DNA of 51,649 nucleotides, filler included, from Cladosporium halotolerans (GCF_011745625.1; 2 parts of 2 records of this genome joined end to end with filler, not necessarily neighbours in it); one strand, 5' to 3'; shown: positions 1 through 10,131, numbered from the whole stretch's first letter. Notes: a model not told the origin generated them from the sequence alone. Numbers and translations: made by a program.

Positions 1-53
1 AAGCTAGATAGCTTGCATACAATATGATTCCAAAAAAAAAAAAAAAAAAAAAA
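1..53 (+). mobile_element. 3' terminus and poly(A) tail of a LINE inserted into the gag-like ORF that follows
   Basis: AAGCTAGATAGCTTGCATACAATATGAT is followed by A22 (32-53). The same terminal motif (24/28 identical) plus an A-run recurs at 5663-5705. Confidence 0.6.
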
Positions 54-1062
54 GGAAGTCCCAGGCCTAATAGCTACAGCGAAGTCCTTGCGGGCGGAGC
101 CACGTCCATGGGCTCACAGACCTCCCAGACCGGGTCAACATCAGCAGGCAGTTTCCAAATCCCTAAGGAGAAACCACAGGTGCAAGATGAGCGAGCAGTG
201 TCGGTCGACATGGGCAGATTCAAGGGAGCGAAGAACAATTACAACGGTATCAGAGATGGCCTGCGCGACGGGCTCAAGGTCAAGAAGGTCACGGAAAAGC
301 TGGCGATCAGATGTATACGGCCTGGCCCGGGCGACAGAATCGACGTAGTTTTCGCCGACAAGGAAGAAGCCAACAAGGCAAAGCAGCACACTCGCTGGCT
401 GACGTCGAGCCTTAGCGGCGCTCGCTTCAAAGGTGAGCAGTGGTATCCGGTGAAGTTCGACAGTGTCGTGAAGTAATGTGTACTGGACCAGGAAGCCAAC
501 GACGGTAAGACGCTAAAAACGGACTTTGCGAAGGACTTTTAAGGCGGTCAATAGCTGCGAGACGGCAGAATGTACGGTGGTGAAGGGCACGTGGCTCAGT
601 AAGGTTGACGCAAAGAAGAAGGTAGGATCGATGGTGGGTTGGCTGAAGAACAGAGTCGATGCAGACTACCTGCTGCGAACAGGCACAGCTATGTTTGGCG
701 CGATCAACGCGTTCTGCTCACCTTTCATCGTTACAGACAACAGTGGTCCGTGCTATCACTGCAACAGGTACGGACACAAGCAGGCGTCGTGCACCAGCCA
801 GATCAGATGCGCTATCTGCTCGAAAGGTCACCGTCAAGACGAGTGCACGAACAAGGACATTCCCAAGTGCCCGGCGTGCGGCGACGCGCACACGGTATTC
901 GACTGGGCATGTAAACTGCATCCACAGCACTACCGACATGTTGGGCAACAGAAGTCCAGGACAAGGCAGGAGCAGCGCAGTGTGGCCATGGAAATCGACG
1001 TGGATGGTATTGCGCAGGAAAGCCCGACTAGCTCATCGAGTACCAGTGGCGGGCGCACGTAA
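54..1062 (+). pseudogene. Tad1-like LINE ORF1 (gag-like) remnant with three Cys/His knuckles
   Basis: Knuckles CYHCNRYGHKQASC, CAICSKGHRQDEC and CPACGDAHTVFDWAC. In-frame TAA at 474-476 (the frame reads on as CVLDQEANDGK) and a frameshift near 540. Confidence 0.85.
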
Positions 1063-1102
1063 CGAGCACAGCGAGCACGTTGAACACACCTAGCGCTACT
1101 TC

Positions 1103-1490
1103 ATGCTAGGGGAGTTCAAAGTGCTACACGTGAACATCGGCAAGCGAAAAACGGCGCACTGGAGTTTGTTCTGCGATGAGAGCTTGGCAGATTTTGACGC
1201 TCTCTCAGTGGTTGAACCGTACATCTTCGAAGATATGGATACTGGTGAGACGGCGTTTCCAGTCGAGCGGAACTGACAGTTATTCAAGCCAAGTACGAAA
1301 CAGGAAGGAGAGGCGCGGTATGCATATCGAGCGGCCGTATGGGTGAACAAGAGACACGCCGCACAGCAAGTCGCTGTACCTTCCAGTGATGTGGTGGCGG
1401 TGACGATTCCCACAAAGCACGGCGCCGCACTGATAGTCTCTGCCTACGATGTGAAGTCCACGGATGGCCAAGCGGCAAACGAAGAGCGGC
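1103..1490 (+). pseudogene. Tad1-like LINE ORF2 N-terminal AP-endonuclease fragment, 3'-truncated
   Basis: MLGEFKVLHVNIGKRK...DALSVVEPYIF...RAAVWVNKRH...VPSSDVVAV...LIVSAY. In-frame TGA at 1274-1276. Similarity ends near 1490. Confidence 0.8.
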
Positions 1491-1824
1491 CCCGAAAAAT
1501 CTTTGAGACGTTCTTGGCGCTACCCGCTCGGAGGCTGGCCGTGCTGAACAGTTTGTCATATCCAAATCATGGAGCGAATTATCGTTCCGCTCACCGTGTA
1601 TCCGGCTTGCGTTGCATATCACAACTCAAAAGAGATCGTGAAGTTGACCCCGCAACTCAAACTCCGGCCGTTCATCATAATGATGCAAGCCCGCCGCAGA
1701 GATCCCACCCCTCATCCCTCCAAATGTCGATGCATTAATGCGACCAAACCTGTGCGAATGGTATGCATCTTTTTATCATGCACTCGGAGTGAAGTTGCTC
1801 AGCAGTCCAACCGCACGCCCGAAA

Positions 1825-4800
1825 ATGTCCTTTGAACCTAGACGGAGCCGGGATTCCATCGAGGACATCTGGGGTCCTCGGACGCCTTATAAACACGAAT
1901 GGCCGACGAGAGTTGATAAGAATTTGATCGAGGAGCCAGAGAAATGGGTGCAAAGTGCTTGCGTTTTGTGCAGGTCAGTCCACAATTTCTAGATTCTTTG
2001 ACGAGAGTAGCCCGCTCACCTATACTTCTCTAGCAATGGTTGTGGGCTAGATATTGGAGTCAAAGCTGGCAAGGTTGTCGGAGTGCGAGGGCGTGCGACG
2101 GACCGCGTCAACAAAGGCCGACTTGGTCCCAAAGGGCTCAATGGGTAGGACTACCAAGCCACATTCCTCTCCGTATTCCTATGTTCACAGATACAGATGG
2201 ACGGCAATGAGCTCCACAGATCGCCTCACCCAACCACTCATTCGCACGAACGGAGAGCTACAAAAAGCGTCATGGGATGAGGCGATGAATGCGATTGTTG
2301 CAAAGGCCCAGGCTATCAGGAAGGAGCTCACCGCTCATGGCATTGCCTTCTATACCTCGGGTCAGCTGTTCCTCGAAGAATATTACGCGCTCGCACTTGT
2401 TGGCAAGGCCGGTTTGAACACGTTGCATATGTTCGCAACAACATTCCCCAAGCAGCAATGAGGTCGTTGCTAACAAGCAAAGGGATGGAAACACTCGTCT
2501 TTGCACCGCGACAGCAGCAGCCTCGATGCGCGAATCGTTTGGGTCTGATGGCCAACCGGGCTCGTACACCGATATCGACTATACTGACTGCATCCTCATG
2601 GTTGGGCATAACATGGCCGCTACGCAAACTGTCCTGTGGTCACGGGTTCTAGATCGGTTGGCTGGACCGGATCCGCCGAAGCTCATTGTTATCGACTCGA
2701 GGACGTCAGCATCAGCGCGGAGGGCGACCCTTCACCTTGCACCCAAAATCGGCACCAACATGGCGATTCTGAACGGTATTCAGCATTTGCTCTTCGAGAA
2801 TGGGTGGATCAACGAAACCTTTATCGATAAACACGTTGTCGGCTTGAATGAACTTCGCAGCACTGTCAAATCGTACGACCCACACCGTGTCGAGGAGATC
2901 ACCGGTATTCCAGCAGTTCAAATCGTAGAGGCAGCTGAAATCATCGGAACGACAAAGTCCCTTCTTTCGACAGCCTTACAAGGCGTATATCAATCACATC
3001 AGGCTACTGCCAGTGCATGCCAAATTAACAACATCAATCTTCTTCGGGGTTTGATAGGCAAGCCTGGAAGCGGCATCTTTCAAATGAACGGGCAACCCAC
3101 AGCACAGAACAACCGTGAAGCTGGCTGCGATGGCGAGTACCCCGGATTTCGCAACTACAACAATCCATCGCATATGGCCGAGCTTGCTGATCTCTGGGAT
3201 ATCGAGCGACACAAACTTCCGCACTGGAATCAGCCCACGCACATAGAGAACCTCCTCAAATACATCGCCGCGGGCTCGATCGAGATGTTCTGGATCTCTG
3301 GCACGAACCCGTTAGTCAGCTTACCGAATCTGCCTAGAGTAAGGGAGCTACTCACCAAGCCGAGCCTTTTTGTCGTTTGCCAGGATATCTTCATGACAGA
3401 GAGCGCTGCGATTGCTGACGTAGTGCTACCCGCTGCGCAGTGGGGTGAGAAGACTGGGTGTTTTACGAATGTTGATCGGACAGTGCACATCTCTCATAAG
3501 GCCGTTGAACCTCCTGGAGAGGCAAAACCGGATTTGGAAATCTTTGTCGACTTTGCCAGGCGAATGGACTTTCGCGACAAAGGGGGTAACCCGATACTCC
3601 CGTCAGCTGACCCCAAAGTCGTCTTCGAAGCATGGAAGAAGGTTTCGGAATTCAGACCTTGTGATTACAGCGGTTTGACTTACGAGAAATTAACGGGTGG
3701 TTCTGGGATTCAATGGCCATGCAATGACGCGCACCCCAATGGCAAAGAACGGCTATACGACGATGGAATCTTCTTCACGGATATTGAGTACTGCGAGAGT
3801 TTTGGCCATGACCTTGAAACCGGCGTCCCGTATACTAAAGAGCAGTACAGGGCCCTTAATCCCGCCGGAAGGGCCATCTTGAAGGCAGCAGAATATACAC
3901 CTTCACCGGAACTGCCAGATCAAGAGTACCCTTTACGTCTTTCGACCGGCCGCAGTGTCTACCATTTTCACACACGCACCAAGACCGGACGGTCAAAGAC
4001 GTTACAGGAGAAATGCCCAGAGCCTTGGATAGGAATCTCGGCTGAAGATGCAGAGGCAGTGAATGTTCGGGATGGGGACGAGGTTGTTGTGAGATCTAGA
4101 AGAGGGGCTATCCAGTTGAAAGCCTCAGTAGGGAATGTGTCAAAGGGAGAAACGTTCATACCGTTTCATTTTGGATATTGGGATGCAACGGATGGAAGAT
4201 CAAGAGCAGCGAATGAGCTTACTACCGGTTGGTTACTCGCATTTTGAAATCGCTTTGCATGATTGTAATTCGCTGACGGCAACAGAGTATTGGGATCCAG
4301 TATCCAAACAGCCTCTGTTCAAATCTGGAGCTGTTCGTATCGAGAGATGCACGGGGACACATATTATTCAGGCGGAGGAGACCCAATCAGACACCGTCGC
4401 CAAAGTGGCGAAATCGAAGCTCAATGCTACGGAAGTTGGCGATAACTCTCCTAGAGAGCGTCATCTGGAGCAATGGCTGGGTGCGACGTTCCAAGCACTC
4501 AGGTTGCTCGAGAAGATGTACGAGAAACTGGTACCGAAGCTAATTCACGATCCTGAGGCCAACAGCGGCTTGCGCGTGATGCGTCGGATCACGGCGGAGG
4601 CCATCAATACGATGGAGCCGTACGTCAGGAAATACAATGCAGAATCACTAAAGGGAAAGAGCTCTTTTCGAGCCGTCCACGACGCAGTGTTTCCTTCAAC
4701 GGAAACGACGACTGCTTACGAATCTCTGGTGGCGCTGAAAGGTCTATATACTTGCTTAGCGGATATAGAAGCGCACTTCATTGCCTTGATACCAGCTAGC

Positions 4801-4953
4801 CAGGCATTGTGGGATGCAGGTTTCCATGGTGCGATGGCGGGCGTGAAGAAAGACGTGGAGAGGATGCAGGCGTGGGCGAAGCACCAACTCCACGTGAGGA
4901 GTCCGCAGACGCTCTTGGTGCCGTCGAAGGATCTATGGGACGACTTGAGCTGA
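1825..4953 (+). CDS. DMSO-reductase-family molybdopterin oxidoreductase (NasA/NapA nitrate-reductase-like), 5 exons, ~968 aa, with an extra C-terminal helical domain
   Basis: Exons 1825-1973, 2034-2144, 2197-2430, 2483-4227 and 4286-4953 (GT..AG introns) join into one open frame. Motifs: CVLCSNGCG, GRLGPKG, SWDEAM, SGQLFLEEYY, Mo-ligand DGNTRLCTATA, ADVVLPAAQWGEKTGCFTNVDR, dinucleotide-binding LSTGRSVYHFHTRTKT, FIPFHFG, DPVSKQPLFK. Confidence 0.92.
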
Positions 4954-5364
4954 GTCTATCCACCTATACTCTCGCGCACTTCGGTAGCGGCAATATTACC
5001 CTTTTGCAATCACACTGTGCTTAAGCTGCCCAGCTTATGACAGGTCTATGTGATGGAACCTAGATAATTTCCTGGACTCGAGTCTGTAATCCTACTTTCT
5101 CAAGCCACCACGGCGACGCCCGTCACGGCGTGACCCGGCTCCAGCTGCAGGTACCGCGCTGACTCTCTCTCTCTCCCCCCCCCCCCTACCCCGCGTCGTT
5201 AGTGTGTTTGTTGAGTTTCGGTGAGTGCTGCCATTTCGCTTTTACGTATCGCTTGTACGAGGGCGACGTCGATCACGCCTCTCGGGGCTGCTGCTTTGTC
5301 CCTTGTCTCGCTACAGCCTCGGCCATCCCGTTTCGCTCACTTTTTCACCGGGAAGCGGACAACA

Positions 5365-5705
5365 TGTGACCTGTTAGCCTTGAGCTCGAAGCTGGAGACA
5401 GGCGACATGGATAAGACAGCGCGCACCTTCAGCACTGAGGTGACTAGCCTTTAGTGCGTAATAGGGCAAGGTGAGGGGAGGGAGACTTGGGGAGAAGGGT
5501 CAGTAGTTGTTTCCACGCAAGAGCCAATAGGAAGGCGCTGAGCTCGAAAGCTGTGGCTTCTTAACCAGGTCGGAATGGCGAGCAGGGTTGAAGGCATGGA
5601 ACCAATGCAAGAGCATAGATAGAAAACCACGAGTTTGACTAGGAGATAGACAGGCTTGCCATAAGCTGAATAGCTCGTATACAATATGATGACCAATGAA
5701 AAAAA
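5365..5705 (+). mobile_element. 5'-truncated LINE 3'-UTR fragment with a short A-tail
   Basis: Purine-rich tract ending AAGCTGAATAGCTCGTATACAATATGAT (5663-5690) plus A7, matching the motif at 1-28. The 5' boundary is approximate. Confidence 0.5.
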
Positions 5706-6262
5706 GAGCCCTGCAGAGCCGGGAGCTGGCGAGTCGGGGGTCGTAACAGACGTCCTGAGTGGTGATTGTCGCACGTGTTCGTTTTCCTGGAGCCTGGACT
5801 CCCCACATAGCACAGCTAGAGCAGCGGACAGACAGCACGATGCTGTTATCGTTGCAATGTGTAAAGAGCAGTTGCAGATGGGGGATATGAATTTAGTGGT
5901 TGCTTCACCGCCTGGCTCGCTATTCCACAGTCAAAATTATACCTGTTTTTCTTCAAGAAGCAGGTGAAAGCCGCATTTAGTGAGACGGTGCTAACCAACG
6001 GCCACGTTCAGTTGGATGTAGTGAGCAATAATCTCAGTTTGGTGGATGGCGCAAGCATGACGTACGTTATACCTTCTGTAGGTAACCCCGCACCGCTACT
6101 GGTGTCGGCAAAATGAAAATCCCCTCCGCGCGTCGTGGTTGTCGCCAAACCGACAAAGTAGTGAAACCGTGAGCTGGATATTCTGCTTTGCTCTGAACTG
6201 ACCAGCATTGCGAAATTGTGCAATAATCAGACGACTTATTGCATTACAATCTCGCCATCTGG

Positions 6263-6913
6263 ATGGTTCGGGAACACGGTTTTCCGTTCAAGCCACTGCT
6301 TCTCATGGGCGGCAAATCGACCAGGATGGGCGAACCAAAACATCTCTTGGTGACGCCTAGTGGGAAAACGATGCTTCAACATAGCTTCGAAATACTCAAT
6401 GAGCTATGTCCGGCATCGAAGGTTTACATCTCTTTGGCGCAAGAGACGCCTATTGATCCCTTTCTACGCAGTAAGCAAGACGTCGCTGAATGCATACTCG
6501 ATGTGGAGCGAAACTGTACGGTGGCATCTGCAGGACCAGCTGCCGGGTTGCTGGCTGCGTTCCGGTCCGACCCAAAAGCCACCTGGCTGGTGGTGGCCTG
6601 CGACTACCCTCTCCTCACCACAGATGTACTGCGACAGCTTTGCGGATCATATGTTCCGCCAGTGACTTGTTTCAAAAACATGGATGGGTTCTACGAGCCG
6701 CTGATAGGCATATGGAGCTCCTCGGCGCTTGCAATGTTGGCCGACAACGTCGCAGCTGGGATGGACAGTCCGACCACCGTCATTAGACAATTGGATGGCT
6801 TGGCTATAGCCCCTCCACAAGATCACGAAGACTGGCTGTTGAACGTGAACACGAGGAAAGATTGGGATCGCGCGGTGAGCTTGTTGCGACAAGGGTATGG
6901 AAGGTGCAGTTGA
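6263..6913 (+). CDS. mobA: Molybdenum cofactor guanylyltransferase (MobA-like NTP transferase), intronless, 216 aa
   Basis: LLMGGKSTRMGEPKHLL, AGPAAGLLAAF, WLVVACDYPLL, EPLIGIWS and LLNVNT are MobA signature motifs in the correct order. Confidence 0.9.
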   Translation: MVREHGFPFKPLLLMGGKSTRMGEPKHLLVTPSGKTMLQHSFEILNELCPASKVYISLAQETPIDPFLRSKQDVAECILDVERNCTVASAGPAAGLLAAFRSDPKATWLVVACDYPLLTTDVLRQLCGSYVPPVTCFKNMDGFYEPLIGIWSSSALAMLADNVAAGMDSPTTVIRQLDGLAIAPPQDHEDWLLNVNTRKDWDRAVSLLRQGYGRCS

Positions 6914-6929
6914 GATGTCTGCTTATAAT

Positions 6930-8270
6930 CTATGACACGGTCCATGTATAGCAATCTACAACGCTGCCCTCAACGACCTCAGAGCCCGCATGTACATGAA
7001 CCCAGCAATTAGCAGCAATGAAAGGCTGAAGTTTCGCTGGATTGACCCGCCCGCTAAACAGTACAGCATTTGTTCCCCAAGCTGTCGGCTGGAGGCGTCC
7101 AGTGAAGAAGCCATCAACCTCCCGTTTTGGTACGATTATGTGCTGCGATTCTTTATCCTCTCCAGTCCCCGGTCTCTCCCTAGCGGCTTTCGCGGCGATA
7201 GGTCGCTCAGCTTCCCGGCCTTGTAGTCGGCGGAGATAAGGAATGATTAAAAACCTGAAACATGCCGCCACTGCTCCAGGATTACCAGGAAGCCCGAAAA
7301 ATGCCACGGGCTTCTTTGCTAGGAATCGCGCGAAAAGCACAGGATGGCCGGGGCGAATGTTTAACCCATGGAATGCGACACCGGCGTTAGAATCATCCAG
7401 GGCATCTCGAACAAAATCGAATTTCCCTGCAGAAACTGCGCCACTAGTGATGAGGATATCATAATCACCTGACTTAGCATGAGCCTCAAATGCACTGCGC
7501 AAAAGCTGTGCTCGGTCGTCTAAGTGGCCTAGAAATGCGACCTCGGCACCGTATTCACGGCAAGCTGCTTTCAGATATGGACCGTTGACGTCCTTCGAAT
7601 GAGAACCTTCAGAAATAAATTCCTTCCCTGTTGACCAGATGCCAATTCGAGGCTTTGCTGCGACGCGTATGGTTTTAAACCCAAGTGACGCAAGCGGCAA
7701 TATGTGCGAGGTCATAATCCGCTGGCCGCTCTTTAAGAGTGCTTCCGACTGTTGTATGTCGCTGCCTGCCCTTCGACGATTTGCCCATGGTTCGACTGGC
7801 TTTGTCACAGCAATACATTGTTGTGGTTGATCGAGCCCCGCCCTATCGGACGCTATCACGGACACATTTTCGACTCTGACGCAGGCGTTTAGTCGACCCA
7901 GTGCGCTGTTAACATCCGGAAATCGTGCTCCAGTCATGATTTCTATGCATTGATATTTTCCGTCTGCTTTTTTCTTTTCCGGAATGAGAGAAGGGTCGTC
8001 GCCGGGGGTGAGCATACCGACAACTTCAAATACCGCAGGGTTACTCGGAGAGGCGTTATCAGTAGCGCAGGCCTCGATAGCGTAGCCATCCATCGCTGAG
8101 GTATCATGTATTGGAGTGGAAGTTGGGCTGACACAATCTTCCAGGACTATTCGTCCTACAGCGTCATGTATATCGATACATTGTGTAGCCCCGTCGTCAT
8201 CCTCATAAGCCTTGGCATGGTCTGCAGCCGCCTGTAGTCTTTCAATGGCCGCAGTGAACGATAATACCAT
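6930..8270 (-). CDS. moeA: Molybdopterin molybdenumtransferase (MoeA / gephyrin E domain only), intronless, 446 aa
   Basis: AVGRIVLED, SAMDGYA, IMTGA, STGKE, DVNGPYL, ITSGAVSAGKFDFVRDAL, RPGHP, FFGLPGNP. No MogA/G domain is present. Confidence 0.92.
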   Translation of the reverse strand: MVLSFTAAIERLQAAADHAKAYEDDDGATQCIDIHDAVGRIVLEDCVSPTSTPIHDTSAMDGYAIEACATDNASPSNPAVFEVVGMLTPGDDPSLIPEKKKADGKYQCIEIMTGARFPDVNSALGRLNACVRVENVSVIASDRAGLDQPQQCIAVTKPVEPWANRRRAGSDIQQSEALLKSGQRIMTSHILPLASLGFKTIRVAAKPRIGIWSTGKEFISEGSHSKDVNGPYLKAACREYGAEVAFLGHLDDRAQLLRSAFEAHAKSGDYDILITSGAVSAGKFDFVRDALDDSNAGVAFHGLNIRPGHPVLFARFLAKKPVAFFGLPGNPGAVAACFRFLIIPYLRRLQGREAERPIAAKAARERPGTGEDKESQHIIVPKREVDGFFTGRLQPTAWGTNAVLFSGRVNPAKLQPFIAANCWVHVHAGSEVVEGSVVDCYTWTVS

Positions 8271-8353
8271 GTTTCAAGGTTTGTCAGAATGTGATGTTGC
8301 TCAGACGGAGGCATTTGCTTCCGGGGCAAGTAGTGCCAAACGCTGCCAGTTGG

Positions 8354-8361
8354 TGACGTCA
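8354..8361. promoter_or_regulatory. Palindromic CRE (ATF/CREB-type) site TGACGTCA upstream of moeA
   Basis: Exact TGACGTCA 83 bp upstream of the moeA ATG. Function is not shown by the sequence. Confidence 0.35.
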
Positions 8362-8890
8362 TGAGGCCGTCGATTGTTTGCGGAGCCGGGTTCAACAGAC
8401 TACCAAAGCAGCAGTCGCAGAGCGAAATGAACCGAGACTAGCCCATGCAGAGAGTTCGCGAGGCCTTGTGGTGGCCGGAAAAGCAGCCTGTCTTAGACAT
8501 AGACACGGCAATGATCTCGTCCTGGGCGAAGATGCGAAAAGGTCCCGCCGCCGCGACGCGCTCGCGCGGTGAAGCCGGCTGGATGCAGCGCAACAACGAC
8601 CTCAGCTACAAGAACCATCTAGCACATCCATCTACCTCACTCTCACTGGGGTATCGGAACGGCAGCTCAGAGAGGTGTCGCCTGTCGATGATTTCCGCAT
8701 CTCTTGCTAGATGGCGCGCTTCGGCAGATGTAAGAGTCATCAACTCCGGGAACGAGCTGACCAGGAGCAACAGAACGAACGGCCATGAACAAAGTCAAGA
8801 AACACATCACAAACCAGGGGTACTGGCGTAAGAAAACCATCCGGCCCTTGCCTACCCAGAACGTCGACCTGTGCCCGAAGCCGGCGCATC

Positions 8891-9290
8891 ACTTGTTACC
8901 CCTGGCAGCTGCTCGCACAGCTGCTTGAAAGAGACGGATGGGGACAGGGACACTGTTAAGACAACAAGGCCGGCGGATGTGCAATCGAGCTAGACAAGAG
9001 ACAGGACACCCCTGGGGACAGGACACCCCTGGCCTACAAGCGCTCTTTGATCAGCACCGTATGTGCAGTTGGCTGGCGTCCTGGCGAGGGCCGCTGACTT
9101 GCGCCGCGTTGCGGTGTAGAAGCCGCACTTGAAAGCGAGGGGACCCGGCCACCGTTGAGAGAACTTGTTAAGACACGACCTTTGTGCTCCTTCTTTTGGA
9201 GACAGACCACCGCTTGCCGGATCTGTTAAGACACGGAGGGTGTGCCCTTTTTTTAGGGACATGGCCCCTCCGCGGCGAACTTGTTAAAAC
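8891..9290 (+). repeat. Dispersed TGTTAAGACA-like motif array plus a 16-bp tandem duplication
   Basis: TGTTAAGACA at 8954, 9166 and 9224; TGTTAAAAC at 9282; ACTTGTTA at 8891; GACAGGACACCCCTGG at 9000 and 9017. Confidence 0.7.
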
Positions 9291-9940
9291 GCGAGAATAG
9301 GGTTGGTTAGTCGGGTGGGCAAAGAGGCTTCGCTGCTGGCCAGGGGCGCTGCTTCGATCCCACGCGGCGAGACATGGGCGGCCCCGACGAGGGAGACCTC
9401 CCGAGGTAACGCGAAACGGCTTCGGCCGCGGGGCGTAGCACGCAATGGCGGCGACGGCTGACACCGTCTGCGTGGCTCGAAAGGACGGTTGCGCGTGTCG
9501 GTACACAGAGGCGGGGGAAGTCGCTGGCCCACTCGTACTGGGAGCCTTGTTCCTCATACAAGGTGGTATCGCCACTAGCGGAGCCTTTGCTGGGTGCTTA
9601 AGGAGCAAATCTCAGGATCAGGGTTGGCGCTTTGGAATATAGGCGGGCCCGAGGTAGGGGTCTCTATGATGGGGAACATGCCTCGACCCTATTGCAATTC
9701 TGAGGGCTTAGAAGGCTGGAAGCGGAAAACATCACGGTTACTGAAAGACGCAATCGGACAGACTTGATGACTGTTCGGAGAAGGGGCCATGACAGCTATA
9801 CTGCAATTCATTGAAACCACAGTCCCAACATCATTTCACCCGTTTCTCATGTCCTATGCGAAAACACTCCCCTAGGCATTTGTGTTACTGCAGTGCGCCT
9901 TGACGCAACTGCCATTGACCCTTCGTGCTGCTTTACTGTA

Positions 9941-10131
9941 CCTGCCCCAGGGATGGGATCTCGCACCACCCGAGCGTAGCCCTTGCGGTCATGGACTCGC
10001 CCTTCTCCCCACGGGACTGATGAGCGAGCACCAGCGTCCTCCGATAGGAGCGCTCTTGCTGCTGGCCGGGCATGTGTAGGTGGTGCTGAGCCTGCGTCAG
10101 GGATGGGGTTTCGTGCCATCCAAACGTAGCC
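9941..10131 (+). repeat. 41-bp imperfect direct repeat, copies 150 bp apart
   Basis: 9941-9981 vs 10091-10131: 32/41 identical, and 8 of the 9 differences are transitions. Confidence 0.7.

Noticed and set aside
24..53. ORF start MIPKKKKKKK as a nuclear localisation signal
   Set aside because: It is the translation of a poly(A) tail fused to a LINE gag fragment.
1825..4953. Calling the gene niaD, or assigning napA/nasA outright
   Set aside because: It has no sulfite-oxidase, cytochrome b5 or FAD domains, so it is not NiaD. It has no Tat signal or partner subunits and an altered Fe-S motif, so the substrate is unproven.
5163..5192. (CT)n plus poly-C tract
   Set aside because: Ordinary microsatellite with no associated structure.
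1825..8270. Bacterial contamination as the source of the molybdoenzyme, mobA and moeA
   Set aside because: The oxidoreductase has four GT-AG introns and is contiguous with fungal LINEs, caleosin and grg1.
8891..9290. CRISPR-like array (short repeats with unique spacers)
   Set aside because: The repeats are only ~10-12 bp, few and degenerate. There are no cas genes and the context is eukaryotic.
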